64,000 nucleotides of DNA from Epiperipatus broadwayi (GCA_028023455.1 JAQFVV010000007.1:12896001-12960000), one strand, 5' to 3'; counted from the stretch's first letter, positions 10,801 to 26,214 are shown. The notes: generated from the letters alone by a model not told the origin. Program-made: numbers and translations.

Positions 10801-13800
10801 CAATTTTATGGTTCTATTACTGAAATCACATATGTATATAGACACAGTCCCAACTCGTTATTCTACATATATAGTAATAAAATTAGTTTTATACTAATTA
10901 TAAAAGTTGCTTTTAGTTTTATTTGTAAACAACTTTTAAATTAGGTCACACAATAGTCGTAAAATAGCATAAAATTGATTTTATAAATCCAAAATTTTAA
11001 CGACATCTCTCAGAATTTTGTAGAGTTGTGATAACAAACTGCAGGAGGAAAAAGGTAGAAAAACAAAATCTAAATTAGTTTTAGCAGTTAAATATGTTTT
11101 TCTAATATAAATTAATGGGTTTTTCAACTACGGTCAAGCTTGTAAAAATAACCAGATGGCCAGATTTAAGAAAAATATAAACACTTCAAATTTTGTGGCC
11201 AAAAAGAGTTATATATTTAATAAGTGAGTTGGAAACCATACCCATGTTCATTTTATTTTCAAAATGGTGGGATAAGTAGGCAATCACTTACTTCTCTCTC
11301 CTTGCCAGAGGTGGAAAGAACTTAGGTCCGATAAAACACTATGAACCTTACCTCAGCAAAGCATCCCATGGAAGAATCTCCATTAATGTCTAATTATTGC
11401 CAAAACTGTCAACTTATCATCCTGAGTTCCCAGAACTGCAATGAAGACAACTGACCAGTAAATTTCCACTCAGAGCTTCATAAACTGTGACTTTCAATTC
11501 TCTATTTTAAGCTAGCTATTTATTCAACTCGCCTTTACAAACACCTTTTCTAAAATCTGCAAAGAAAGCTGTTAAATGCTAATGTTTAAATCTTGTCTGA
11601 TTGTAAAACTTGTAATATTAAATTCTCTCTTAAAATGTAAAATTATGATAATCTATTTTAAACTAAATGTATAATTTTCTTCAGTCTTTTATGCCTATTT
11701 CTGATCTGTTCAATTTATTTTATTATTTTATCATTGTAATATTATATGTATTTAATATGCCAAATAACTCAAAACCATGTGTATTTATAAGTATAATTCT
11801 AGTTTATTGCTCTGTGAAGATAATTTCAAATCTTTGCTATAATAAATATTTAAGTAATTGAATTATTAATTTTTCACTGGCTGTTTTGGGATCATGTTAT
11901 TATTTTACTGATTAATTTTGGGTATTAATATTATAATAACCAGTAGTGGTCTAGTTAAAGTTGTAGTTTGCTTAACTCTAGTTATAAATTATAACTATCT
12001 TTATATGTAACTCATACATCATAGGAACTAGCTACTGCGATATTGTCAAAGCATATTTCTAATGTTTTATCCATAATTACCCCTCAAATTTGCTTTGTCC
12101 TCCTTAGATTTATATATGTTGAGATGCAGGTGATAATCTTAAACTAGGTTATTAATTGATTTAGTCTCTAAATAGTATATTTGAAATACTAAACTTGAGA
12201 ACTGGGTTGTATAGATATGCAAATAGACGCTATCTATGTTTAAGGCACAATAAGATAATTTTGCATATTTGTGTTATATATTTGTATAAGCTGTGGATGT
12301 GTCCTTACTAAGTACACTATGTATGTACAATTAACTGCTTGCTGCATGATTCTTGTTGAGTTGTTGTCAGAGGTCATACTTATCCACTTAGTTCATGTAA
12401 AGCAAACCCTTTTAGAACTGGAACACATGAGTCCAGATTATTCATAATTAATGCTTATTTGAGTACCTGAACTACTAATGTCCTTATTCATAGCAAGTTG
12501 TTTGGTGAGAGGGCAACCAAGCATTTGATACTGAAGCCCATGAATAATGGTCTATTCACACCTTCTAGTTTTATTATAAATGTGCCATAGAGTATATAGG
12601 TAAATCTACTATAAACCAGTTTTCTCTCCCTTTCTATTAAACACTTATTTGGCATCAGTGTATATCCTAATCTAGATTAACATGCTAACTTGCATATCTC
12701 TGAGCCTAATTATGTGCTCGACTTAACTTGGTATAGATAGACACCATAGGAGCGCTATTAAGTTAGTTATATAACTTTGGCTATTAAGTTCCATATGATT
12801 TAGCAGACTACACCAGAGCTATAAATTTAGCATGTTAATATAGGCATAAATTTAAATACTGTACTACACTTGATTGAACACTTTATAATGAGATAACTGT
12901 AATGCCTGTGAGCGTAATCATTCCTGTTCCAACTATATAATTTTGTATATTTTAGTTTTAGTATCTTTATTAAATTAATAATATTTAGAATATAATTTGT
13001 TTCATATCTTTATTGTCCATGAATTCATTTTATCCAACTCTATATGTACTTGCACATACATCATTGGATATATATACATAGACCATTCTATTAGATTTTA
13101 TAATTAATCATTGGTATATTAGCAGTTTACTTAGTCATGTGTGTGTATATCTGACCAAATCAGTGTTAAATTAGTTAATTTATGAGTCTCTTGTTCCACC
13201 CTGGGTGACTGCTGAACCAAGGTTGAATTGAATGTCTGTGTAACTTGGGAAATGTCATCCATAGGTATTAGATCATTGAGCAGAGGTGAAAGGATTGAAT
13301 GTTGTCCATATTCTGGATTTCAGCATATAGATTCGATCATCTTTAGTGTATTTTGCCTGTGTTCTAGATTTTGGTATGTGGAGGGACAATTCTTACCATT
13401 ACCATAATAACTATAGGCACCTATGACCCTTATGTTAGGATTTTTATTAACCAATAAAACATCACATAATTTCTAAAAAAATCCTTGCATTAAGATCCAT
13501 ATCTATAGGCAAGTGACTATTCTGAACATATGTGTAGGTAAACATTAAAGTGATTTATTAATAACTACAATCTCATATTTTAGTCACACACATAGAAGAA
13601 ATAGATTTGCTTTTTAAAAGTATTATATAAGCAGTGGTCATATAGTATTTATTGGTGTTTAGCAATTGTGGACAAGAAATATATAATTACCAATGATTAT
13701 AAAAAAAAATTGAAGACATTAAATTACATAGATATTGAACTAGGTGTCATAGAATTATATAAGTAACTTACCTTAGATTTAAAATATTAATATATTTGAG

Positions 13801-14453
13801 AATGATGTTGGGAATAAAAATGTGTCATACTCATATCCGTTACATCTAAACCAATTCTCCTTTCAGAGAATGCCATAAGTTTCAAAGTAGGATTGATTAC
13901 AAATAAGGCAATACTGCATAAGGATTTGTTATACACTGTGTTATGGTATTTATTTATTACTCAAGTGTATTATACTAAGTGGAAGACACCCGATGAATTG
14001 GAGGGCAAAAAATGAAAATACCTTTCTGCCAATCAGTTTATAGCTAATATTCAAGAAGATTTTAGCTGCAATCATGAAGTATATATGAACAAGGTACTAC
14101 TTTGTATTTAAATATCAAGTCAGCACTGTCACAGAATGCTAAGCATTAATTAATAGATTAACATTGGAATTACTCCAACTCACCCAAGTAGCCATCTCTA
14201 TGACAAGTACAGTGATACCAACACATAGCTTTCCAAATTTCTAGACAACAAAACAAAGTTGAATTTTGAATATATGACAAAATAAAATCTTTATTCCTTT
14301 ATATGGATCTGCTACACTCTATTCCTTGTCTACTGCTCAAATAAAGCATGAATTCTCAAAAATAGTCTATAATTTAAATTTTTAAGAGTCATTATTTACA
14401 TGTGTACATCCATAAGCTCTAGTGAATTAGTAATTGTTTTTTTTTTCTTTCAG

Positions 14454-14518
14454 GTGTCCTTCCATATCAACTTTGAATTAACTTATGTGTAGTGGCATAG
14501 CTTTATAAAAATTTATAG
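14454..14518 (+). other. Candidate 65-nt exon, closed in all three frames
   Basis: Strong acceptor gttttttttttcttttcag and donor AG|gtatta; stop codons in all frames, so non-coding or terminal if real. Confidence 0.3.
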
Positions 14519-16317
14519 GTATTAGTATGCTATGGTCATGAAATATAAAATGTGACAGTGTGTATCATCTTCAATGCTTTCCCTTCCATCATGAAATCTT
14601 ACAGACCACATAGATATGTTCTTCCCATTCATACTTCATTGCTGCACTCAGTTTGACTCATTTCCAAGATTTCTATTGCAGTTTTGCCCAATTTAAACAA
14701 AATTTAGTGTTAATGCTTTGCCCCATCAGGGATTATATTATGAAACACACTGTTACATTTCATGTCAGAACATATAATTTGGATATGCTAGTGGCCCTAA
14801 AATGTTTGTGTTGAATAGCTTAACTGTATCTTTGTGTAACACAGATATTATTTTGTCGATGGTTCTGTAGGCAATTAAAGAAAGAAGCAGTCAAATATCC
14901 ACTGAATTACAATGTGTATGCACTTGCGGATGATAGTACAGTCATTGCTATATAAAAAGCAATTATTATAAAATATTATTTATGTTAAAACTCAATTACA
15001 AACTTAAAATAAGCTTCATTATTCTTTAATTACAGTATTTTCTCAGAAGAAATTTTAAGACATCAAAATCTGCCTCTTTGCAGTTATTTAGTACTATGTA
15101 TATAAAAGCCATAAAAAAAAGACAAGATCTCAAATGATCAATCATTCGTAATCTTTTTACTACAGGTGCACAGACTAATGATAAATTATCACTATTGTAA
15201 CAATGCAGTTCTCAGCAGTCAGAATTCTGTCTGCAGATATTAAATCTATTCATAAAAAAAAGTAATAAAATTTAAATATGTAATATCGAAGTGTAAAGTT
15301 CTTTTTTATATGTATATATAAAAAAAAAATCAGAATAACTTAAACAAAATAATAATGACTTCATTAGAATTACATAAAGCAGGCAGAAAGCTTTATTAAA
15401 TATTTATAACTACAAAATTGAAAAGAAACTGAAAGAAGAAAATATGTAACCAGACTAATTATATTTTATTGACAACATTGATTCTGAATGAATTTTTGAA
15501 ATTAATACATATTAATTATGGATTTGTTGCCATGCTAGAAGTAAAAGAAAATAGAAAGCTTTTATAATTACAATTCTTTTTCTAATAAATGAAATTATCA
15601 TTAGTAAGCTTAAAACTAATTAATTATTTTAATGAATGTTGGCTGTTATTCTCATTTCGAATTAAAATTTTTGGAATAAATAATTTGCTATCTGTGACAT
15701 TTAAAACATATTTTTCATATACCATTTATACATTAAATAACTTCATGGGTCGAATATGTTACCAGCGTTGACTCGACCGGCAATACAACTTGTGTATTTA
15801 TACAGGGCAGTAAATTATTAGGAGTGACAAATTTGATATAAATTATGCAAAAATTAAATCGTAAAAATAACATTTTTTTCTTCTCTATTTCAAGATGTCA
15901 TTAATTAAATGTTTACTTAGTAAAACTTTATTGTACTGTATATTTTTAAGAACAACCCATTTAAAATAATGTATTACATTGCATATGATATATTGTCAAT
16001 ATCAGATCACTTGACGGACTTTCTAGTCTGTTATTATTTCTAATTTCATTATTAGATATGAGGTGACATGAGGTTAAAACGCATACCTATTAAAATTTTT
16101 TAATAGAAGTGCATTTTTAATTATCACAATTATATTATATTAAACATGTTATCTAAACCACCTGACCAACATTATCTCTTAGCTTATATAATGCTATTCA
16201 TTAGCAAATTTTTCTGTTCTTACTATTTTTATGCCATTTATTGTAAACTTTAGCAATCAATAGATGTCAGATATTAGTGCTGAAATTCCCCAATTAGTGC
16301 TGTTCTACCCATCAACC

Positions 16318-16370
16318 AGCTCTTCACTGTTGAAAACCATAAGCTAGAAGCTAGTGTGGAAATATTTGAA
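16318..16370 (+). repeat. Family P1 fragment (decayed hammerhead segment)
   Basis: tcttca-ctgttga-aaaccataagcta-gaag-ctag-tg. Further fragments at 26805-26838 and 51678-51730. Confidence 0.6.
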
Positions 16371-18247
16371 TAAGGCAGATCATAATACTATCTGACATCG
16401 AACTGATTATTATATTTATTCCAGGTAGCACTAAAGTTATAAGAATAGAAGAATTTGCTAGTGCATGTTTGATTGCATAATTGCAATTACTTCCAAATGA
16501 TTTTAACTAAAACAAAACTCATGTGGTATCACATGACCCATGAAGTTTAATGTATATACCCTGTGGGTTTAGTAAATTAAAATTTGAATTACATTTATCA
16601 TTATATTCCTTTGTTAAAATATTAATATTATTATAGATTAGATTACATGTAAAAATTTTAAAATGAATGAACTAATTTGAAATCTTGTAACCCGACAATG
16701 GTTATTATTATGTTTTTAATGTATAATAATCTTAAAAAATATTACCATTTTATCAGCAATTTGTAAATTATTAATGATGATTCACATTGTATAATGGTTG
16801 AAACTTGATTGGAAGGTCTTTCCACGATTTGAATTAAACATGAAATTATTCAGAAATTATACTACCCTAACCTTATTTGTGATATTGTAAATATGAACAG
16901 AAAGAAAAGTTCACTTTAAATGGAAAGCTTACAATTTAACAATAAAAATATAAATTAACTTGATTACAACATGACACTATTTTATAATCTAAATATAAAT
17001 AAATTTATTGCAGTTACATGTTTATAATTCAAAAGATCTTCACTCTTCTTGACTTATTGAACCATAAACTGATATCTAACATGTATATTTTCTTTTAATT
17101 GACTGTTCTATCTATAATGATTATGATCATTAACTTTGGAATTTTCAATATCTAATACTATTATTTAAAATTTATGATGAATAATATCAAAACTTAGCTT
17201 AATATTATGATTCATATGATGTCATTCAAAGAGTGTTTTTTAAAGATAGGAGAAAAATATGCTGTTGCATGGTAATATAATTTCTAGGGCTAGCCTTGTG
17301 CATTTTATTACATGATGTTTTAGTATTGACCATGGATCAGTCATTAAATCCTAATAAAGAAATGATACTTGTATAAGCATCAGAACATTAAGGTCGATAT
17401 CATAACACTAAATTATGTAATAGTTTTAATAATAACAAATCTTTATTGTTTGAGGTTGGGTAATAGTGGAACACCAATAAAACTTATTGAGCTTTGATTA
17501 ACGAACATTTAGCTTCCAGTTTCACCATATTACTACTTCACTAAAATGTAATTATTATATACAAAGTAAAAACAAGTGATCAGGAATTATTACCAGACTC
17601 AAAGTCAGTATGTGGACCATCATGAAATAATGATAAAAAAAAAATTTGTTTACATATTTGAACTAACCAATATTATGAGAAAGTGTTTAAATATTAGTGT
17701 ATTACAACAAATAAAGGAAGCAAATTGTAATCTGAATTTATGGAGACCCTAAAAAATATCAGACCCTTTATTACATGGAAGTTTATAAAAGGTTTGAGCA
17801 TCACAAGTTACCTAATTGGTACCATAAATCATGAATGTTTAACTCCAGTCTACTACTCTAACACTGACTAAATTATATAATTGCAGTCAGACCAAGAATA
17901 CTAAACAGCAATATGTTATTATTAATGAATATGAAAAGATAAAATATTGGCTGTCATACTATCATCCAAGACTTTAATAAGCCTTATTAAGTATATAAAA
18001 CAGTGTAATAATTTTGATTACCAAAGATAAAAAATGAAAATCAGTAAATGATTAAATAATCTCAAATAACTGAAACAAATGCGACATCATATGATATAAC
18101 CATTCATAAGTACAGCATGGTCAAGAGTGAATTTGTTATTATATACAAAATCTAGGGCCTAATAAAATATATATCTTTCTATTGACAGAAAATAACATTT
18201 TCAATGTTAATCCTTGTGAGACATTTCATGTTATTCTTATAGAAAAC

Positions 18248-18285
<38 letters not shown>

Positions 18286-20276
18286 ATGTGGTCTGTATTT
18301 GAATTAAATATAATAGTAAATATTTTCAGATAAATTAATAATTCTACTCTGCAAAAGAGCTACAATATGGTAAAACTATTTGGAGTATTAGCAAAAATTA
18401 TTTTGATTAAGATAATAGCAACCCTACGACTAATATTGGTGGAAAAGATGCTTGTTCACTCGTACAATTTTCTAATTTACAAACTAAAACTATTTCATGA
18501 ATTTAAATTCCTCTTAGAATTTTTAAGCTATATTATTTATTAACCATCCAATCAATCATTTTGAAACAAAAAAAATTCATTTTGTATTCAGTATTAAAAA
18601 AAGAAAAAGTTTGATGGAAAATTTTTTACTTCACTAGATTTCTATTAGATAATGAATTTTTGTGAAAAAAATAAAATTGTTTGTACAAGGAATTATTTTT
18701 TAAAATATTAGAAACTCCTTAAAACTTCACATACAATTACATAAAAACAATAAAAAATAATTATGAAGTAGAAATATCTTATTACCAGTAATTTTTATTT
18801 ATTTATCAATGTCTGTTGCAACTGGTTTATTTTTCACTTAAAAACAAATATATTCAAATAAAAACTGAGTGAATTCATCATATATTTATTGAGAAACAAA
18901 TATTTAATTTAATTTTGATAAATAAATAATATATATGTAAAGTTATACTTTTCCATTTTTAAAAAGCCAGAATCAATTTCTTAAAGATAATGATATTCTC
19001 TTCATATGAAGAATGAATGCTTTAGCCTAATGCTATAACCTTTGACCCTTTGGGACAGACTTTTCCTCGATAAATTCTAGAATCTAGGTAATTTAATTAG
19101 AAATGATCTTAATCAAAATATGTCTGAGTTTTGTTTTTTGCCATCAAATTATTATAAAACTATAAAATAAATGTTATAGGTTGTCAAAAATGAACAACAC
19201 TGATCTAATAGTAATACAAATGTAATGTAGCATCAAAATCATAGAAAAGGTTAGAAATATGATAGCAGCAGCATACTGAATCTTCCAAAGTGGACAGATC
19301 TTAGAATTAGTCAATCAGAAAGAAGTAAAGAACTATATATATATAATACCACTAATGAGCAGTGCTATCTTAAAATTGCTGTGTGCAATTTTTTATAATA
19401 AATAAAAAATGTACAATTATTCAAAAATATTTTTTTTAAAATAATGTGAAAGTTTAAAATTGATTAGTAAATAATAGAATCACTAAGTTGTCCATAAATA
19501 ATTAAATTTCACTTAATTAAAATTACTCTCTCTTTCATTTGAAATATTAAAGAAAAAAATAAAGAAAAGTTGAAACTAAATGCTTAAAATATAAATCTTC
19601 TACATAAATTAAAAATATCGCTTTTCATTTAAATTAAAGAAAAAAAGGGTATCTTCCCATTTATTTAAAATAAGTAAGATTGTAAATAACAAATTGATTT
19701 TAAATGAAAAGAAATATAGTAAAAATGTGTGTGTTAATAAAATAGAATATGAATGTTAAAAAATACTAAAAATAAACGAAAGTTATAAATTTAAAAAAGT
19801 CCCATCAAATATTGTATATGCTCATAAGTGATATAAAAACAGAATTAGCAATGGCTACTAATTAAATAATCTATAAACACCAGGAATTAGCAATGGCTAC
19901 CAACTGAAAACAGGATTAAAATCTTATCAGAATTTAATCAAAAACAGTGGATGAGTTTCAACAATGGATATAGCTGGCAGATATAAAAACTAATTAGCAA
20001 AGTGACAACAGGTCATCACATAAATAGTCTTAGTTTTTCATTGTTCAGGCAGTTGAGTTTGATCAGATTCAATCAGTCAGTCAATCAGTTATACAATCAG
20101 TTTCTCCACACATCCATAGTCAGTGTTTTTTATAACAATGCAGTGTTAGCAACCATCAGAAGCATATGGCCGGGCTATAGACCTAGTCTAATGAAACAGC
20201 CAACCTGCCTGGGAAAAGTGATGCATACATAATAACTTGAAACCACCAGAGATATCTAGCTGCCTTTAATTTCTAG

Positions 20277-20385
20277 TATCATGAAATAGTAATCATTAAA
20301 CCTCCACAAAATCCTCAAATCCAACTGGTTGGAAAAACTATCTTGAAGCAGCAAACAGAAGAATTTAATGTCCAAAATCCTATAG
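20277..20385 (+). other. Candidate 109-nt coding exon
   Basis: tttaatttctag acceptor and AG|gtaatg donor; open frame YHEIVIIKPPQNPQIQLVGKTILKQQTEEFNVQNPI; no family recognised. Confidence 0.2.
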
Positions 20386-21158
20386 GTAATGGATAACTTT
20401 TTCTTATTCCATTTCTGATATTAAAGTAGCCATTGCAATAATTTTAAGCCTCCAGAGTCAGTAAAACAAATGAACTCTATAGCATGCATACATGAACTAT
20501 TGATGTGCATGTTTTAGATGTTTTGTGTTTATTTAATACTCGTTACATTATATTATGTGATTTATTAAGAGTGTGTGTAGTTATATATAAAAATCATTGT
20601 TTAAGTTAATTAAGAATTTATAGTAGTAGTTCTAAATTATAATAATAAGTACTTCATTAAAATAAATTATCTTTAAGCTTAATATTTGTTGGTCAATTCG
20701 TTTACCACTAAATAAAGTAACAGTATATTATATTATCCTTTTGATTGAGCTAGTTGGGATATCTTAAATGCTGAATTAGTTTGCCATCATTCAAAGCACA
20801 TTAGTTCTTGTAATTAACTGGCACACGGGTTTACTCCAAAACAAAAAAGTACTTTGAATGATAGGTGTTGAATTCTGCAGCCAAGAAGATATCTGTATCC
20901 GGGAAACATTGTCTTAGTTATATATATAGTTTTGTATATAACTTTAGCTTGGATACAAGTACTCTTTGGATACTCTCTTCTCTGATTGTGATGGTGCAAT
21001 AATTAAATTGCATTGGTGCAGAACATATTAATAAATAAGTGTATCATATTTTTGTATAAAAGTTTTACAAAATTGTTTCACAAGTTTAGATTATATTTAA
21101 AGAGTCAAAATGCATGCTAGATGTTGTTCCTACTTCAATCTACTTACTCCATCTGGTT

Positions 21159-21217
<59 letters not shown>

Positions 21218-22713
21218 GTTGACTGTCAATAGGTGGTAGTGGAAGAATCATTATCACAAAAATTGGTGGAATTAGACAAAAATAACTTTGATATGCTTAA
21301 TTATTGATCAACATGTATCATTCTCTTTTAGGAACAACTCATAAATGTATATAATCATTCCAATTGCAAAAGACAAAAATTCAACAAAGAAAGAAAAAGA
21401 GAAGTTTAAAACCAGAACAACGAGAATGTAAATATATCACCACAATTACACAATACTCTTGTCATAATTAATTCAGAAAGAAGACATATGTCATGAAAAG
21501 AAGATGATGACTGCATCTTGAATTAATATCATGGATAAAAAAGAGTAAGATGAAAGAATATGACAACAGAATAAGAGGGAAAATATGGTGCATTAACTTT
21601 TCCAAATTTCAATGTTTTTGCATTATCCCCTAGAGGCAGTTCACTTTTATTTTGACATTTTAGTAATAAAACTTTATTCTACATTGGGAATCAGTATATT
21701 ATACTTTATTTTAAATTAATTTTATAAATGAAAAATATCATCAAAAGTCATATTTAAACTTTGTAAATATAAACAAAAAGTAATAAAGTGAAATACATAA
21801 AGAAAACAATACATTTATTAGATAATTCTGCAATGGAAGTAAAAAAAGGCAAATAAATGAAATAGTTATTAATTGAACTTCATTTCTAAACCTGAATAAA
21901 TTATTAAGGCTATAAAATTTTGTTCTAAATTTTAAATTTCCATTTATAAATATTAAAATGTCACAAAACATAATACCTTGTCAAAACATTACCAATCATA
22001 ATTTTATTTTTAGGATTACAACAAATTTCTTATTTTTGTTAAATAAACATTAAATAAAATCTAAGTCTAATCCCAAAATAATATTTATTTTTTGATAATT
22101 ACTATACAAATATTTTGTAAACTAATCATAAATATTTAAATAAAGCATAAAAAATATACAATTGCTTGGCACATTATTGAATTTCTGCATATATTTTTAT
22201 GACAAACTCCTATAATGAGGCTGTAACATTAATCCATGTTTTTAGTTAAAAGTATTCAACAATTTGAAGATAAAGATTTAAACCATGCAAATGACCATAA
22301 AGGATCACTGAAACATATGCAAAAGGGTAGAATAATAAATATACTGTAATATAAATATAGAAAAAAAGTAATTCAAAAAATAAAATATTTATAAAAACAG
22401 CACATTGATAAAATATACATTAATAAAATATTAATAGCATATTATGTAGTGTTTTTAATGATCAGAAGTATATATACCTAATATAAAGACTCTGTAATAA
22501 AGAGTAAAATATATAATTAATCTAAGAAACTATGGATACTTTCTAAGCATTAGCCCCATAATTATGCTTATCAAAAACAACAATATTACACCATTACAGT
22601 TTAAAAAACTCATTATTTATTTATTCATTTGATACTAATGAAGTGAAATTATACTTCATTTCTTAAATTGCTTTTATATTTTATTCTCCGTTATGGTAAC
22701 TTTATATTATTTA

Positions 22714-22836
22714 TAATAAATGAGAGTTCAGTCTAATATATATATATAGTTTTTATTTAAGATTTATTACTGTAATAAATGAGAGTTCAGTCTAATATAT
22801 ATATATAGTTTTTATTTAAGATTTATTACTGTAATA
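22714..22836. repeat. Perfect tandem duplication, 59-bp unit x2
   Basis: taataaatgagagttcagtc... starts at 22714 and 22773. Confidence 0.95.
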
Positions 22837-23867
22837 GTTGATAATTGTCTATATACTGTGGTGGAATATACCCTCCTACAAATTATTTATGGTATATAAA
22901 TATAATTTATTTATATTATGTATGTATGCATTCCCATTGAAATTATTATGTTTGATTTTTCTTCCCATAGTTTTATTGATGACGTTCTAATATAATGTCA
23001 ATCTATAAAATATTGCCGGGAATCCGCCCGCTATTGCCTCGATTGGTTTTAATTGTATATACAATATAAACTTCTTTTTTTTTTTAAGTTATTTTTTGAA
23101 GAATAAGTTGTAAAGAAAAGGAATCAATTTATTTGTCTATCTATTTATTTATTTTTTGTCTGACAAAAAGAATTGAGCTATCTATTTATTTATTCACTTA
23201 AATTCTATGGTTGGGTGTAAATTGATTTAGTTATAGTAATAAAAACAACATGGTAATAATATCCGCAAGGATGAAAAATCCTAAGAGAAGGATTTATGCA
23301 TGGAAAATCTATGTGACTTTGGCTTGACTTCAATTATATATTTTTTATTTTAAAATGCATGTGGACATTAATAATTATCAGTTATTATTCTTATTATCAT
23401 CATCATCATCAAATAGCTGTTATTGTTTGGGAGTTTATACAAAAGTTGAGCACCATAAATCATAAAGCATGAATATTGAGTTCTAGAATCTGACACTATT
23501 TCTATGCACTAAACAATGTGCACATTCTGGAACAAATATAGATTTATAATTTGTGATCCCCAAATTTGTCAACCTTTTAATGTTAGATCAGAAAATAAAT
23601 ATAAATAGTGGTATAGTTGATTAAAGCTACAGGACGAATTTTAAAAAAATGGTATTGAAGATTATATGTTATAAAAAAGATACAACAAAGCTTAACTTTA
23701 GCAGTGAAATGATAAATGAAGTGGTAGAGAATAGATAATAGAGTAGTGTGACTTATGTAGAAGGTAAAAGTATGTATGTATAGAAGCCTTAACAATGAAC
23801 TGAGGTATAAAAACCTATAATTCAAAAGACAGTTTTTAGAAAAGGAATATAGAAAGATATTCTAGGG

Positions 23868-24050
23868 CAGTGGTTCTCAACCTGTGAGTCACAACCCCTT
23901 TGAAAACCAAAAACCCTTTCATGAGGGTTGCCTAACCATTCAAAAGCATATATTTTTGATTCATAACAGTAGCCAAATTACAGATTGGGGATCAGCACAG
24001 CATAAGGAACTATTAAAGGGTCATAGCATTAGGAAAGTTGAGAGACAGTG
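23868..24050 (+). mobile_element. hAT-Charlie MITE of SPIN/URR1 type
   Basis: Termini cagtggttctcaac...gttgagagacagtg; internal gattcataacagtagccaaattacag and tattaaagggtcatagcattaggaa match the recalled URR1/SPIN MITE consensus with a deletion of about 35-40 bp; 8-bp TSD ttctaggg / ttctagag with TCTAG core. Confidence 0.9.
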
Positions 24051-24117
24051 TTCTAGAGAATACATTTGATAGAAATGGTAATTTATTTATCAAAATTTTA
24101 GATGCATTTAAAATACA

Positions 24118-24222
<105 letters not shown>

Positions 24223-25094
24223 GGTTAGGATCATATTACATAAGTTTAACAAGAGATTTGTTGAATTGATTTTTCCATGTGTTAGTTAATCAATTAAATG
24301 AAGGTAAGACTCAATGATATTTAGATCAATTTAATTATTTTTGTATCTGTGCTAGAAATACATTAGTCTATTCAAAAGATGATTGGTAATAATTATTAGT
24401 ATATATGTCCAGAGTGGTGATATTAGAGTTGTGAATACAGAAGAAGTTTGACACTTATAAATTAAATTATGATTTTATATTTAAAACAAAGTGTTTAAAG
24501 AGTATAGAAACCAGTTCCTACCTTGAGTGAAATTGTTGTAATGGAGTAATATCAAGCTAACAACATGGGCATATAAATTTAGATGCTTGTTACCTCTAGT
24601 TCATCTAACTAAAATTGTTCATCACAAAAAGTAAGCATAGTGTTAGAGGATAGTCTGATTTTCAATATTAGTTGTTAAGATATATTTGGTGGTGAGATGA
24701 GGGGGGTCACTTTTGAACAAGGAAAGAAGATTTTGAAAAGAATTTCTATATTAGAAATAATAAGCTATCATTTATACTAATTGAAAAATAAGTGATATAA
24801 ATATGAATTATTTGATAACTTTAATGATTTTCACTTGATCATTCATATGTCCTTATGTTCATCTGGGCCTTATTACTTCTTGGATACATTATAGCAATAC
24901 AGAACAACCTCAAATTAATAAAGCACCTAAGTCTTTTCTTTTAGTATAATGCTTAACCCAAGTATGATATCCTTAGATAATGTTTTTGCTGAAACTTTTA
25001 TATTATTATTGTGTATCTTTTCCAGTAATTCACACCAGTCAATATGGTGTGGGTGGATCATAAATGACTTGAATAATAGCTATTGTAATAAATG

Positions 25095-25430
25095 AATAAT
25101 TAAATATTTTATTGTTGGGGACTTATGACAAGATGAAGCATAAAATAATGTATGATCCATGAACCATGAGTACCAAAGTCTCCTGTTAAACAACCACACT
25201 AAATTAGGTTTCAGATTTCAAGAATCTCCTAACAATGAAATGCACTATAGATAGTAAAAATAAATAATCAAATATTTTATTGCTGGTGACCTTATAAGAA
25301 GACAAAGCATAAAACAATTTATGATCCATGAACCATGAGTATCAAAGTCTGCTTTTCAACATTTCACCAAACTAGATTTCAGATTTCAAGAATCTTCTTC
25401 CATCGAAATGCACTACAGATAGCAAAAATA
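25095..25430. repeat. Diverged tandem duplication, 168-bp unit x2
   Basis: tatgatccatgaaccatgagta and ttcagatttcaagaatct recur with a 168-bp period. Confidence 0.9.
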
Positions 25431-26214
25431 CTCGACCATCATTAGAGATAGCAGAATATTATTCATTCATTTAAACGTCGTCATTAAATTTTCTATAATA
25501 TAGGATGTTAAAATGCTTTGTACAACTGTAATCTTGGCCTAAGTTAGGTAAAAATAAAAATAATGCTATAATTTCGTTTAAAAATAATCAACCAATAGGT
25601 TCGATAAATTTAAAATATTAATTATCTAACCTCATTAAATTTCACAGAGACTGAATCTTCTTTAACGTAAATTAAGTTCTTTTAACATTCCTGAGTTCTT
25701 TTAAGTTTAAAGAAAATAAACTTTATTATTTAAAAAGCAGTGAAATCTCAAGAATATAGGGGATTTATAGAATTTTTTCTTTTTGTTATTATTTTAATAG
25801 TTATATTTCAAAACATGTCAAATAAGTTTTTTAGTCATATTATTATTATTATTATTTTGACGTGATGATAAAAATATAACATTATCACATTTAAAAAAAA
25901 AAAATACCGAATAGAAATCAGTTATATTTTAAATAATAATAATAAAAAGTTATAAAAAGTAAAAAAAATAAGTACATAAAAATGATTAAATCTATAATTC
26001 ATAAATATTTGTAATATTAAACTTTATCATTATTAGGTTTTTAATTCAGTTTTATTTGAGATGGAAAATAATCAAGTTTCAGAATTTTCTAGATATTGAA
26101 ATAACTCGAACCCAATACAGAACAAAATAACAATTAAATATTGTATTATATTAAATACTGTACAGTTATTTAAAATTTAAATATCTTTTAAATTGATGGT
26201 GATATGGAACTCAT

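Noticed and set aside
20865-20980. Hydrophobic frame PRRYLYPGNIVLVIYIVLYITLAWIQVLFGYSLL as a terminal exon
   Set aside because: Weak acceptor; hydrophobicity is expected from AT-rich, TA-repeat-containing DNA.
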